DNA of 64,000 bases from the human T2T-CHM13v2.0 reference genome, Homo sapiens (GCF_009914755.1 NC_060925.1), one strand, 5' to 3'; positions 1 to 31,881 are shown, counted from the stretch's first letter. Notes: generated by a model not told the origin, from the letters alone. Translations and numbers: made by a program.

Positions 1-589
1 CAGTGGCAAGCCAGGGCCAGAGGCTGGCCTTGCTCACACATTTTCCTGGGACAGGAGGAACAGAGCCATATACGATGTTCCCTTGAATCACATCTACTTT
101 GCAGCCTGCAGAGAGCCTCCCCACCCAGAGCCCACTTGATTCAGGCAATCCCTATGAGCTGGGCATGAGTCCCTCTCCCAGGCACAGTGGCTCACATAGA
201 CATGGGGATGCCACAGGGACCTAGCCCAAACGTCCATTGCTGGATCCCTGGAGTGAGGTTTCTGGTCTATCCAAGGCCTAGTTTAGCTTCTCCTTCCGTT
301 CTACCGGCAGCCCCAGATTCTTCCACTGCCTTCCTTTTTTTTTTTTTCAGTAAGCCCAAGTTGGTTTCTCTTGCTTCTAAAGAACTCTAATTGAAATTCC
401 CACTTTACAGATAAGGAGACCAAGGTGTGAAGAGGAAAGGTGAATGCTAAGGTGGAGCCAGGCCTGCAACCCAGGTCTCCTATCTCCTGGCCCAGGCTTT
501 TGCCTCCTGCCACGTTGCCTACTGTGAGCAGTTGGGTCCCGAGGAAAGAGAAGAGCAGAGAGGAGTGTGGGTGCATAAGCCTGAAGATA

Positions 590-985
590 GAGGGTACAGT
601 GGTTCATTGAGAGATTTTGGAGTCAGCAGATCTGATCTTACACTTACCTGTTATGAAGATTTTGACAAGTAATTTCATCTTCTCAGAGCCTAACTTCCCA
701 GCTATAACATAAGAAAAAGAGGACCTTCTTATAGTAGACACAGACCCAACAGGAGCAGAGTGGGTGAGTAGAGCACTGGGTGGATTTTAGCCTTCACATA
801 CTCATCTATGGCTGGGTACCTTTGTGCAGTGAACAATCTGGGCAACAGTACATGACAGCCCTGAGAATAATGATAATACCTGCCTTACATGGATGTTATA
901 AAAACTAAATGAGATAAGGTATGTGAAGTTCTGGGCACAGTGCTTAACCACTTAATAAGTCTTCAATAAACAGTAGCTAAGTATT
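590..985 (+). mobile_element. MIR interrupted by a MER91-like element (about 735-865)
   Basis: MIR motifs GGAGTCAG, AAATGAGATAA, GGCACAGTGC; TGTGCAGTGAACAA..GTACATGACAGCCCTG typical of MER91. Confidence 0.55.
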
Positions 986-2249
986 TTGACACCATCACCC
1001 CAGGCTCCGTCTGGAAGGCTCTGGAAGGCAGTCTGTGGTGAAATGGCAAGTCCCAAACTCCCCACTTTCTTACCACCAACTCCCAAACCTCATAATTTTC
1101 CTGGATGGCCTCAGTGTCCTGCCTCTCCCTCCAGAGTTCTGTGGGGTTGGCTGGACCACCAGGAACAGAGTTCTGGCATTTTCTATCACATCACAGCTTT
1201 CAGTTTGGTAAAAGCCCCCGATATATCAGGGCCCAACTGGCAAGTCCCTCCTGCTCCAAAGTTTTGAAGGTTCCAGGGTCAAGCCTTGGCCCCCAGCCTC
1301 CTCCCTCAGACCTGAGGCCGAGCATAGTATATTCAGGGGCCTAGCTGCAGCAGGTCCTGAAACCTGCTACAGCAGTCCAAGCCCCCTCAGGCCTCCTCTT
1401 TCATTTCTGAGCAGGCCCAAGCACCCAGCACCAAGAATGGCTGGACTTAGGGACTCTGGGAGAGCCACGTGTGCCAGGCTAGTGCCTGCCAGCTCTTAGG
1501 CTGATCTTACAATGGCTCCATTCACCAGGGAGAGGAGCTGGCCTGCCTGGAGCCCACGGGGTGATGTTCCAGGCCCCAGGGGGATGGGGTGGGAGGTTAG
1601 AAACTAAGAAAGCGGTTGTTAAGGCTGGGAGGGGTGAAGGTGCCCAGCCTCCACCACTACCAGCACCTTATGACAAGGTGACCACCTCACAACTGGGACC
1701 ATGAGAGATCAGATTCTCTGGGGCCCAGTGGGGGTGAGTAAGTGCGGGGGCAGATGGAGGGAAAGAGTTAGTCATGGGCATTGCGGGGCAGGGAGGCTGG
1801 GCCCTTAGCCCACGCTCTTGCTGGCATCTGAAGGCCCGTAGCCAGGGGGTGACGTGGTCTTGGTCCTTGAAGCAGCCCTTCCAGTAACAACTGGGGCATC
1901 CCAGCCAGGCAGCCTTTGCCTCTCCCCCTCCTCTCCATGCCTGCTACCCCAGGTCTCCAGGATCTCTCAAAGAGATTTTCATCTACAAACATCTCTGTCT
2001 CCATCATCTCTCCCTTCTTCACTCACAAAGCCCAAGTTGAGTCCAAACTGCTCTGTCCTCAAATTAAAGCCCTCACTGACTCCTCACTACCTAAAAGACC
2101 ATGACCTCAGTGTTCAGGCTGTCATCTTGCCCACTCAGCATCCATTCCTTTTCCATATGAGCTCCAAGTCTCTCTATTTCTGGGGAAGCACCTGGGCCCC
2201 CACTCTCAGTCCATATGTTTCGAGTGGAGCTCAGGCCTAGAATTAGACA

Positions 2250-3010
<761 letters not shown>

Positions 3011-3175
3011 AAAGGCCCTCCTACTCTGACCTTGAACCACTTCTGCAGTCTCATCGGCCCTGCCTGGGGCATATGGAACTCTCCACTCCCCTGAATGCCC
3101 CATGTGCCTTGTGATTCTCTGCACTTGCTCCTGCTAGGCCCTCTGTCTGGGGTGGATTCACTTTTCCTGTTTTGA

Positions 3176-3481
<306 letters not shown>

Positions 3482-3919
3482 TTGCTCAGTTCTTAAAGGT
3501 CCAGTTCAAATGCCAGTTCCTCCATGGAGCCTTCCTCAACTGCTTCCCAGGGAGAATTTACTATTTGCACCTGTCTTCAGCACTATAGAGCCATTATTTC
3601 ACTGTATCATAGTGATTCACTTGCCCATCCATCTCCCCCACTGGATTGTTGAGCTTCATGAACTGTGTGTGCTTTCTTTCTCCTTTCTCAATACCTAGTA
3701 CCTGACCTGGCACAGAGTAGGCGCTCGGAATCCTGTGTCCAGTGACTTGAATGTCCATCAGACTGGATGTTAGAGCTGTGGGGATGTGGCACTCACCCTG
3801 GAACTACTACTAGTTGCTATGCAGCCCATTCCCATCTCTGTGAACAACCTGAAATGTCCACCTTCCTTCAATCTAAAAATTCTACTCATCCATCAAGGAG
3901 CTCAATGCCCTGAGTATGT

Positions 3920-5015
3920 GAGGAGAGGGCTGCTTTGGAGTTGGACAGACTTGAGTTCAAGTCCTGGCTCTTCCATGTGGTACTCATGTGACGTAGGCCA
4001 AGTCATATAACTTTCTTGAGCTTCAGTTTCCATAAAATGGCAAACACATGGTGCTCATTATGTGCTGTGCCCATATCCTAATATTTCTAGTTCTTTTATC
4101 CTCCCTATGAGGTGTAGGTACCAGTCTCGTCCTCTTCCCAGTGATAAAGAGACTGAGGTCCAGAGAGGTTAAGTAAGCAAGGCCATGACTAGGACAGAGC
4201 CTTGGACAGACCTAGTGGCCGGGTAGGGGATGGAACCCAGGCAGCCTCTGCTCCAAGTCAATGCTCTTACCCCTCTACTGTCCTGCCTCTTGAAAAATGA
4301 GGATAGTACTAGAACCTTCTTCTTGGGGTACTTGTGAAATTTCACCTTCACATAATGTGTGTGGAGGGTACAGTAGAGCTGAAGCCCTTGCTGTTGGCAC
4401 CGCGGTGTTCTCAGCCTAGTGGAGTCTAGTCTTTCCAAAGAATCCTGGACTTTAGGGTCAAGCTGGAGGGAGGGGGGAGGTGGCTAGTCTAGCACAGCGT
4501 CCACTTGGCTGTGGCTGCTTGGCAGAAGGACCCTGCTCATAATGCCCATTTGTCCAGACCGTAGTTCAATGACTTCTGCATTCTCTGCACGTACACCCTA
4601 GAAGGGATGGGATGGATGGGGGATGGCACTGGCTCTAGCCTGGCCAGGGAAAGCCAGCTGGGAATTAAGAGGTCTTGGGCAGCAGGACAACCCTGTGTCG
4701 AGAAACCTCAACTCTGCCACTGCCTAGAAGTGAGACCCTGGGTAAATCACACAACCTCCCTGGGGCTCAGTTCCTTCATCTGTGAAATGCGGACCTTAAT
4801 GGTACCTCCTTCATCGGGTGGTGTGAGGAAGAAGATGTATTTTGCAAGTATGTTGTGGATATTCAGTAAAAGACAGTTAATGATCAGCCTCATGCTACTG
4901 TTTGGTTAGCCAGGCTGGCTGGGGTTCAATCTTGGCTCTACCATTTCCTAGTCATGTGATCTCAACTAAGTTACTTAACTTCTTGGCTCAGTTCCTCCCT
5001 GGTAAATTGGGAACA
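3920..5015. mobile_element. Several MIR fragments in both orientations
   Basis: GTTCAAGTCCTGGCTCT, CTCAGTTCCTTCATCTGTGAAATG, ACTGAGGTCCAGAGAGGTTAAGTAA motifs. Confidence 0.6.
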
Positions 5016-5083
5016 ATCAAAAAACAATAATACAATAGCAGCTATGTGCCCCTCACAAAAAAGCGATCCCCAATTTTTAGTGA

Positions 5084-6353
<1,270 letters not shown>

Positions 6354-6951
6354 TAGAGAATGACTATTATTATCCCCATCGTTATTTTACAGATGAGGCA
6401 GTTGAGGCAGAGTTAAAGTAACATGCCTAGGATTCTAACCCAAGACCTCTGGCTTCAGGGTTCATCCTCTGGCCTTCTCTGACCCTGTCCCCTCTATTCA
6501 GGAGTTGGGGTACCCTGAGTACCCACACATCCACTGGTATCCATGGCTCATCTCTTGGGATGGGGTTCTCCCATCCTCTGGGCGAGAGCAGGGGCCGGCT
6601 GTGGGATGTGGGGAACCGAGTCATGGGCCTGGCCTCCAGGAGACAGTCAGCCAACACCTGCCAGTCCGCCAAGTCCCAAAACAGCCTGGGCGCAGCTCAC
6701 ATCCGGCTGTTGTTCCGGAGCCAGAGAGGAGAACAGGAAAGGCCAAGAGGCCTGGCTCCAAGCTGACTCATTGGGAGGTGGGACCAGGACAGGAAGGGCA
6801 AGGGGTCGCCAACTCCATCCTCCCTCCCTTGGACACTCACTGGAATAAGGCCGGGCCCTGGAGCCACAGGCCAGAATCCACCCACCATGGAGCTTCAGGG
6901 ACCTCACAGACTCCCAGGGAGGAAACACATGTGAGTTTAAAAACCAAGCCA

Positions 6952-7250
6952 GGCCGGGCGCGGCGGCTCACGCCTGTAATCCCAGCACTTTGGGAGGCCC
7001 AAGGCAGGTGGATCATGAGGTCAGGAGATTGAGACCAGCCTGGCCAACCTGGTGAAACCCCACCTCTACTAAAAATACAAAAATTATCTGGGCGTGGTGG
7101 CGCGTGCCTGTAATCCCAGCTACTCGGGAGGCTGAGGTAGGAGAATCGCTTGAACCAGGGAGTCAGAGGTTGCGGTGAGCCGAGATAGCACCACTGTGCT
7201 CCAGCCTGGGGGACAGAGCGACACTCCGTCTCAGAAAACAAACAAACACA
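6952..7250 (+). mobile_element. AluS
   Basis: Full dimer, (AAAC)n tail. Confidence 0.92.
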
Positions 7251-7417
7251 CAAAACCAGGCCATAGCATTTGGCTGGAGAGATGAAGGTTCTGCATGGCC
7301 AAATACTTTGATGACTTTCTTGGGTGCGAAAGGCACTGCCCTCTTCCTGGCCGTGGCCTGGAGGACAGGAGAGAGGGCTCTGGGTAAGGAAATGGGGCAG
7401 GAGGGCAGAAGGCTTGA

Positions 7418-11260
<3,843 letters not shown>

Positions 11261-11649
11261 CAGCTTGGGTGGGGGCTATGGGAGCAGCTTTAAAGAACTA
11301 GTTACCCCTGTTGGCTGGGGGCCTGGGGGGAACCCCTGGGTTACACAAATAATTTCAATACAATGTGGCATCCAGTGTCCAGCAGTGCAGGATCCAGAGG
11401 AGGAAGTGGTTTATTTGGACTGAGGGTGGAGGTGTGTTTGTGGGAGATCCCTGGAGCCTTTGCCTCTGAATCCTGAAATATGAGAAGTATTTCTCCAGCC
11501 GGAAAAGCCTGAGAAGAGGGTCAGAGGTCCCAGCACAAGCAAAGATCTGTGGGCTTCATGGGGCAGAGTAGCTGGGAGTGGAGGAGTGTGGAGACGGCCC
11601 CTTTGAAAGCAGAACTCGCTCCTCCCACCTCCATCTCGGGGCTGATAGC

Positions 11650-11880
11650 ATAATCAGAATAGCTAACATTACTGAGTGCTCACTTCCCCGGGGTTCAATC
11701 CTCAGGACAGGTCTATCAACGGAGGGGAGGTATTGCTATTCCCCATTTTACAGATGGGGAAAGTGAGATATAGAGAGGTTAAATAATTTGCCCAATGTCA
11801 CACAGCTGAAAGGGCAGAGCTGGGCTATGACTCCAGGCAGTCTGACCCCAAAGCCAATGCTTTCAACATGCCTCTACTGC
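11650..11880 (-). mobile_element. MIR
   Basis: CCCATTTTACAGATGGGGAAAGTGAG..AGAGAGGTTAAATAATTTGCCCAATGTCACACAGC. Confidence 0.8.
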
Positions 11881-12120
11881 CCTCCCCAAGCCCCATCCCT
11901 GCAGGAGGAGGGCAGCCGGAAGGAGAGAGAGAAGTCCTGTTAGTCCAGTGCCATGAATCACAGCAGCTGGTGGTGGCCTCAGCAGGGAGACCCGCATCTG
12001 ACAGACAAAGGCGGGAAGCTGGGTTTTGTCTCCAGCAGGCAGGGCAGGGAGATGGCCATTGTATAAGCCTGACCCCCTCCTTAGGCCTGAGAGACAGGGA
12101 AACTGATATGTAAAAGATCA

Positions 12121-13287
<1,167 letters not shown>

Positions 13288-13469
13288 TCAGGGAACAAAA
13301 CTTCAAAGATGCCCTCTGCCCGTCCTGGTTTGCACTCCCTCCCTCCAAAGTGTCCACATGAATAAGCTCTCCTCTCCCATTCAACCTGCAGGACCCCAGG
13401 CCAGGTGAGGCAGGCAGCTGCTCTTCACTCGTTCCTCCCTGCACTTCCGCACCAAGAAGAGAGGCCACA

Positions 13470-15830
<2,361 letters not shown>

Positions 15831-16128
15831 AGTGCTTATTTCTTATCAGCAGGAATTGATGCTTTGGTCCCCCTCTTACATTCTTCATCCTTGCCATCCT
15901 CCCGTGCTGTGGGGACTGGGACGGAGCCTCCCTTAGCCTGATCTATCAGCACTGTGCTATGAGAAGCCATTGATGCTAACAAGAGATGGGTTCGTGGGGC
16001 TTGGACATACTCAGCCCTCTCAGGAGCCTTACTGAGTGAATCCAGGGACACTGGTCCCTATACTGTGGGGCGGATCCACCAGTTAAAGGATAAGGGCAGG
16101 CTCAGGGGAAGAAAAGACTCCTTCCCTT

Positions 16129-16753
<625 letters not shown>

Positions 16754-16754
16754 T

Positions 16755-17160
16755 GGTGGGGGGAGGTGGGGAAGCGGAGGAGGGGAGGGGGAGGGGGGGG
16801 GAGGGGGAGGGGGAAGGGGAGGGGGGAGGAGGGGAGGAGGGGAGGGGGAGGGGGAAGGAGAGGAGGGGAGGGGGAAGGGGGGAGGAGGGGAGGGGGAGGG
16901 GGAAGGGGAGGAGGGGAGGGGGAAGGGGAGGAGGGGAGGGGGAAGGGGAGGAGGGGGAGGGGAGGAGGGGAGGGGGAAGGGGAGGAGGGGAGGGGGAAGG
17001 GGAGGAGGGGGAGGGGAGGAGGGGAGGGGGAAGGGGAGGAGGGGAGGGGGAAGGGGAGGGGGAGGGGAGGGGGAGGGGAGGGGGAGGGGAGGGGGAGGGG
17101 AGGGGGAGGGGAGGGGGAGGGGAGGGGAGGGGGGGGGAGGGGGAGGGGGAGGGGGAGGGG
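16755..17160 (+). repeat. G/A-rich low-complexity minisatellite, (GGGGA/GGGGGA)n
   Basis: Read directly; purely purine after about 16776; internal ~54 bp higher-order unit seen about three times. Confidence 0.97.
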
Positions 17161-18104
17161 ACTCCTTCTCAAGCCTCACCTAAAAATGAAGAGGCAAACA
17201 AGGTGGGAAAAAAATAAGTGTCGAGCTCAACCCTTAGGACCCTGGCCATGTCTGCAGTCAGCTCAGGCAAGGCTGTTGTCCTTCTGTAACGGACTGTCCC
17301 TGGTGCGCTCTCAGACGCAGCAGGACACGATGCGGCAGGACCCAGTGTTCCACGCAAGGACCTGCAGTCCTGGTTCAAATCCAGACACTGCCATAGGAAG
17401 CTTAGCTCTACGTGAGGAGATTAGCGACTGTTCCATGCGGGAAACAAACCAACCAAGCCAAAGCCTGCAAGTCTCTCCCAAGCTGCCAGCAAGTGAGCCA
17501 GGTGGACCTCCAGGGCGTAGGATGCAGCTGGGAAAACAACCGACCCGCTGCTTTTCCGGGTCCCTGCGCTTGCTGCGTCTCCTCTGGCTGCAGAGACTCA
17601 GCCCGGCTCAGAGCTGGGGAACTCGGTTATTCTTTTGAAGCGTCAAGGGCACTTGTCAGCTTTGAAATAATACATTTGCTGGCTTGAATTTCAAATAGCT
17701 TAACGCCCCCTGTGCTACCTAGCTGTGATCTGAAGGACTGACTGTTCAGGCCTTCAAGTACCAAATAAATGAACCATGAGACTCCAGCAATGGAGAAGAA
17801 ATGTCCTTATTCAAACCAAACTTTGCAAATGGAAAGAATTGTTAAGTTTTGCTCTGTTGTGGCAGGGAAGCAGCTGGGAAGTAGACCACCCCTTGCATGC
17901 TCTGGGGGCCAGAGCTGGCTGTACTTGCACCTTTAGGCAGTAGGAAATGCACCCCAGCTCTGTGGTGTGAGCCACTTCTCCGTGATGAAGGTCATCTTCA
18001 TATTCTGAGGTCAAAGGGCAAATGGCAGAGTGGGCATCCGTGGGGAGACTGCTGGACACAGGGCACTGCCCACAGAGAGGTGATGGGTGATAGGAGTGGG
18101 GCAG

Positions 18105-18335
18105 GACAGCATAGCAAGGTGCAGCATCTGGAGTCAGAACAGACAGGTTCAAATCCCAGCTCTGCTGCTTACCTACTAAGCTGTTTGATTTGGGCAAGTG
18201 ATTTAATCCTGCTAAGCCTCAATTTTCTTCTCTGCAAAATGGGAGTAATATTCAACCCAGGTTATAGGTATTAAGTGAGATTGTATATGAAATACACTCA
18301 GTCAGGCACATATTAAGTGCTCATTTAGTAACAGC
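18105..18335 (+). mobile_element. MIR
   Basis: TGGAGTCAGAACAGACAGGTTCAAATCCCAGCTCTGC..GGGCAAGTGATTTAA..CTGCAAAATGGG. Confidence 0.8.
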
Positions 18336-18343
18336 GTTGGCTA

Positions 18344-19083
<740 letters not shown>

Positions 19084-19387
19084 TTAGGCTTAGCTAGGAA
19101 ACTGAAGCTGGGCTGGGGTTGGGGTTGGGACAGAGGCTAGTGGAGCAGTGGGCAGCAATGAACTGAGGCCACGAAGCACAGAATGTCATCATCCTGGTGA
19201 CGAACTCCATCAGTGCCTATTCTGTCAGCAGCTCCATTCCAGCAACCTTCAACATAATTGTGTATGTGTGTGTCTAGGTAGGTGCAAACATAATTTTTGA
19301 TGACTATGTATCATTCTATTATATAGATGAACTATGTTTTACTTTAAGCAAACTATAATTTTTAACAGCTGCAGAATATTTTAATGA

Positions 19388-22125
<2,738 letters not shown>

Positions 22126-22229
22126 TCCAGCTGCATAAGTTTTTTTAACCCTCTGCTATTCTTCAGGGTTCACTAGGCAGAGTGGTGGACAAAAGCCACT
22201 GTATTGGTGGCAGGAGGTCTGAGCAAACA

Positions 22230-22650
22230 AGTCACCCAAACTCTCTGGACCTTGATCTCTCATCTGCATCTTTACCGTTCCCCCAACATACCAAGGAAAT
22301 TCCTGCCTCAATGCCTTCGGCCTTGCTGTTCCCTTTGCCAGCAAAGAGAACTGTGCGTCCAGATATTATCCCCACGGCCTTCTGGTCTTTACTCAAATGT
22401 CATCTTATCAGAGAGACTGTTCCTCCTCCCTGTCCCCATGTCCTTCCCCAGCCCCTCATTCTGCTTTACTCCTCTTTATAGCTCTTATAATCTCCTGATT
22501 AGACATACTTGCCCGGGTATTTGTTTATTGTCTGCCTTCCCAAATAGAATGTAATCTTCATGAGAGCCAAGATGCTGTCTGTCCTGGGCCTGGAAGCGTG
22601 CCCAGCACACACAGTAGGTTCTCGCTGAAAATGTGCAGCCTGAGTGGACG
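22230..22650 (+). mobile_element. L2 3' end
   Basis: ACTCAAATGTCATCTTATCAGAGAG, TAGAATGTAATCTTCATGAG, GTGCCCAGCACACACAGTAGG. Confidence 0.7.
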
Positions 22651-23088
22651 AAGAGATCAAATGAGACTCTGCTGACAATACTTAGCATATTTGTTAGTGT
22701 CTGCAGACAGCACAAAGCTGTCCTAATGAGAGGGAGAGTAATAGTAATTGGAAACTCTAGACAGTGTCTTATGTGGGTGGTAGAGCTCTGGAAGATCTTG
22801 GCCAGGGTGGATGTGGGTGGGGGTTGGGGTGGGGGAGGAAGTATTTCCTCTCTGCCAAGCTGCAGCAAGAGGCTAATGGCCTCCACAGGGATCCAATCCA
22901 ATTAAGGGCCTGGCTTCAAGTCAACTCGGGTTCCCTTCCTGGCTGGAGCAGCTTCCAAGTGACAAAATGAAACCTGTAATGTCCCCAGGATGAGATAGTC
23001 TCCAGGCGAGCAGGGCAGAAAGGGGCTGATAGTCAGGTTTCTGCTCCCAGGGGAACAGATCTGCATTGGGCCCGAATAGTTTTAATAC

Positions 23089-23162
23089 AGAGAGAGAGAG
23101 AAAGAGAGAGAGAGTGTGTGTGTGTGTGTGCACGCGCGCGTGTGCATGTGTGCGCACGTGTG
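23089..23162. repeat. Compound (AG)n-(TG)n-(CG)n microsatellite
   Basis: Read directly. Confidence 0.95.
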
Positions 23163-23409
23163 GTGGGAAGAGCCAGGAACAGCAGCTGGATTCAGTCCCT
23201 CATGGGGAAGCAACGGAAAGGGTTCAAATGCCAAATGAGGAGTCCTGGGTTCTAATCTTAGTTCTGTTTCCACCCAACTATGGGACAGGGAAGAAAACCA
23301 AGTGAGCCAGGGAACACAAGCCCTGCCTGAGGCTCCAGTTCCCTACACACAGAACTGGAAACTGAACATGCATTCAGGCTTAATTGCACTCAGAAGTCTA
23401 TTTCAACTG

Positions 23410-24013
<604 letters not shown>

Positions 24014-24471
24014 TCCTGTTTTCCCTTGTTTAAACCAATTTGTTGATAGATAACACATACCCCTAGGACAAAAGTTACAAAATGGGAACCAAAACAGTAT
24101 ATAAGTCAGCAGTGACTCAGTTCCCCAGTTCTCCTCCCTGGAAGTAAACACTTAAAAATTTTTTGTGTATTCTTCCAGAAATAAATGCATATAATAGTAA
24201 AATAATAACATTTATTGAACATCTACTCTATGCCAAGCACTGTTATGTGCTTTACATTTATTAACTCATTTACTTTCCATAACAACACCACGAAGTATAA
24301 TTAGCATCACTTTACATGTGGAAATGAAGTGTAGAGAGCATAACTTGCTCAAACATCACACAGAAAGGAAGTGAAATATTTTACTCAAGTAAAGACGTAT
24401 ATGGCAGGGTTCCTTGCCTCCAAGAATCTCACAGTATACCAAGGAAGAGGACATTGATATGACTAGTGATA

Positions 24472-25733
<1,262 letters not shown>

Positions 25734-25830
25734 TAATAGCTAGCACTTATTAAATGCTGATTATTAAATGTTTTAAATGGATTACCTCATATAATCCTCA
25801 CAATGAGTTCCTGAAGTAGGTTCTGTTATA

Positions 25831-27875
<2,045 letters not shown>

Positions 27876-28389
27876 TCAGTGACCGGTCAAGAATATGGAC
27901 AGATGGGAATAATACCAACAGCTAGTGTCTACAGAGCACTTACAATCCAAGCTCTTAACATAGACTAATTTATCAATGATCCTATTAAATATTAATAGGT
28001 ACTAATTTTAGATCCATGTTTACAGACGAGAAAATGGTACTAATTTAGATCCATTTTTACTGATGAGAAAATGAAGCACAGAGAGGTTAAGTAAGTATCC
28101 TGAGTTAGTAAATAACAGAAGCAGGATTGGAACCCAGGCAGTCTGGCCCCAGAGTCCATGTGCATAGCAGCTCATTCTGCTGCTGAAATTGCAGAACTTT
28201 GGGCTGAGACAGTCAGCGAGCAGCACCACAGAGTTAGAAGTGGGAGGAGGAAAGTGTCATCAAGGGAGGCTTACTGGAGGAAAACCTGACCCCCTGTGTA
28301 GGGGCAGTCATAAACACAAACCACCTGGCTTCCCAGACTGGAAGAGCGTGACAATCCAAATGTCATGTCAGGGGTACATGAAACCATAG

Positions 28390-28723
<334 letters not shown>

Positions 28724-28729
28724 CACTCC

Positions 28730-29190
28730 ATAAATTTTTATTGTGTACCATGAGCTGTCCTCTGAGCCAGGAATATAGCCATAAACAAAACCAAACAAAA
28801 AATCCCTGCCCTTATGGCATTTATGTTCTAGTGGGAGAAGACAGACAATAAGCAGATAAATAGGTAGATATGTATCAGAGGGTTGTAAGTGTTATGAAGA
28901 GAGATAAAGTGGAGGGTGGAGTGAAAGATAGCAACTTGCAACGTTGCATAGGGTGGTATTTGGGGAGAGCGCTCTGAGAAGATGACATTTGAGCAAAGAG
29001 CCAAAGGAAGTAAGGGAGTGGGAGTTGCAGAAATTCTGGGGGAAGAATGTTCCAGAGAGGGGGAAGAGCAAATGCAAAGGCCCTGAGGCCACAGTGTGCT
29101 TCGCATATCCAAGGACTAGAAAGGAGGCCAGTGAAGCTGGGGTGGAGAGCACAGGGGAGAATGGTAGGAGATGAGGTCAGAGGGGTGTGT
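28730..29190 (-). mobile_element. L2 3' region
   Basis: CCCTGCCCTTATGG..TTCTAGTGGG, CTCTGAGAAGATGACATTTGAGCAAAG, TGCAAAGGCCCTGAGG. Confidence 0.78.
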
Positions 29191-29688
29191 GTGGGAGGAG
29201 ACAACATGTCTCCACCCATCTTAAAGATTTCTGTGTGCTATAAAAACAAGCCTGAGTAAAGAATGTAAAGCAGGCATGCAATTCAAAATTCGAAGAGGAG
29301 ACTTGACTGCTATGTGGTTAGGGGGCCTCCCCTGCATAAACATCCTCTTTCCCTTTCACCCACTCCCAGGACTGACTGCCCATCCATGGGAGCCATATGA
29401 GGGCGGAACTTGGGAAACTGTAGGTGTGACTGAGACTACGTCTAAGCACAGGCTCTGGGTCTGAGCCTCTTCCTGGGGGGCTTCCTGTTGGGTAGGAGGA
29501 GCCCAGGAGATCATCACCACCTCAGGGCTCTGTGGAGAATGCCCCTGGCTTCCTCCTAGCTAAGATCTCTGTTTAGTCAATGAAGCCTAAAGGGCCCTGG
29601 TCTGTTCCTCCTTCCATACCCTGGTGCTGTGAGGCCAGTTGGAGCCTGTGAAGGGCAAGTCACCACCGGGAATATTTGCTGCCTCTAA

Positions 29689-30024
<336 letters not shown>

Positions 30025-30869
30025 TGAATTGTTTTTTGGCTTAGATCTGCTTTGAACTGATTCACCATTTGGTTCCTTTTTGGTAGGGCAGAGAGGGTGG
30101 ATTCTGGAAGGAAACTTTGCTTCAGTTCATGATTCTATGAAAAATTAACACGGTTCAGTCCAGAGTCTAGTCAGTCACTTCAGGATTTTCATGGTTCAAG
30201 CCCCCATCTAAGGGGAGCCTCCTGGAATTTATTTATTTATTTTCAACGAACTAGCCGGGCATAGAGAGAGTAGAATATGATGCCACATTCTAGCCTGCAG
30301 GGGTGGTAGGGACAGAATAAGTCTCAATGCAGTTAACAGCCATACTGACGGAGCAGCACATATGGTAAGGCAAGAATCAGTAATTAGCCCCACCCACTTC
30401 TAGATAATGAAACTGAGGCTTAGGGGTTTTAAGGACACTGCCTTGTCAGATTTGAACTTAAACAGTCAGACTACAGAGCACGTGTTCCTGACCACTGGGA
30501 TACACTGGCTCTTTCACAGAGCCTCTGTGAGAAAATTTGAGCAACTTGCTTTGGGCTGGCAGAGGAAGAAATTGCAAGTTTCACTGTATTTTCATGCCTA
30601 CGTACAATTTGTTCAAACATTCTGGTATGTGCTAGGCACCGAGGATATGGAGACAAACCTCCCATGTCTGGGCCTCCTGGAACTCACTATTTATCCCAAC
30701 CTGGGAAGTTGGGAGGAGTAGCTGTGAGTCAAGTATTATGGAAAGTCAGAAAAGGGCACAAGTAATTGTTTCCAGAGGAGGTGAAACTTGCCCCAGGCAC
30801 TCAACAGCAGCAAACTAGGACCAGGTGCCTACAATCTCAAGGCAAGCACAGCTCTTGCCCTCGGGGGCT

Positions 30870-31035
30870 TAAATCCCAGGGCAGTTTAACTGGTTTGCGG
30901 ACCACCTACTTCAGAATTGTCCTGGTGCTTGCTAAGATGTGGATTTCTCTTTTTCCCAGAGGATCTGGGAAACACAAAAAGCGGGGCTGCGTGTAGCACC
31001 TAGGTGATTCTGATGCACACTCAAATTTGACAGGT
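30870..31035. mobile_element. MER5A-like hAT element
   Basis: TCAGAAT..CCTGG..GCTTG and AGGTGATTCTGATGCACACTCAAATTTGA. Confidence 0.6.
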
Positions 31036-31193
31036 GAGCCGGGGGGAAGAAATGGGTGTGGGCAGTGGGGAACAAGATGGACAACGACTTGGAAGTCCTT
31101 AGTGGCCTGCAGGCACTGAGATTGCAGTTCAAGATCTTGAGCTTTGGGAGTTGTTACTCTCCAAGGGCTAGCTCAGAGCCTGAAACACAGTAA

Positions 31194-31535
<342 letters not shown>

Positions 31536-31871
31536 TTTGTGAATATGCTGGCTGCCAAGATCGAAACGATCAGGAGCGTCAAAGGGAAAAACGAAGTCAG
31601 AGGCAGAAGAAAAAGGTGTTCCCCAGGCGATGAAAACTTTCCAGTAAGTTGTCTTGGAAAAGGCAACTCCGCGTAATAGAGGGACTTGGGGAGGTAGCCG
31701 CTGCGGGAAAGGGCGATGAGTCCTGGGGTGCTGCAGCGGGGGAGTGGGTAGGAGGCGCCTCCTAGCTTCCCCAGGGCGGCCGAGGCATGAGGTCACCTGG
31801 CACAGCAACAGCAGCAGCTGCGGAGGACGCGCAGGCGCTGCGGCGGGAGGCAGTGTCAGGCTCGGGCCCCT

Positions 31872-31881
31872 GGGGAATTCC
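31872..31881 (+). promoter_or_regulatory. Candidate NF-kB site GGGGAATTCC
   Basis: Exact match to GGGRNNYYCC about 490 bp upstream of the ATG; binding cannot be shown from sequence. Confidence 0.5.

Noticed and set aside
17290-17310. REST/RE1-like CTGTCCCTGGTGC
   Set aside because: Only 13/21 match and lacks the essential CTGA end.
27998-28072. ~38 bp diverged tandem duplication in a MIR (similar short duplications at 47616-47654 and in Alus at 16611-16673 and 38179-38240)
   Set aside because: Ordinary old slippage duplications with no functional hint.
30784-30793. p53 half-site AAACTTGCCC (another, GGACTTGCCT, at 32733-32742)
   Set aside because: Isolated half-sites with no adjacent second decamer; expected by chance even though CLIC4 is a reported p53 target.
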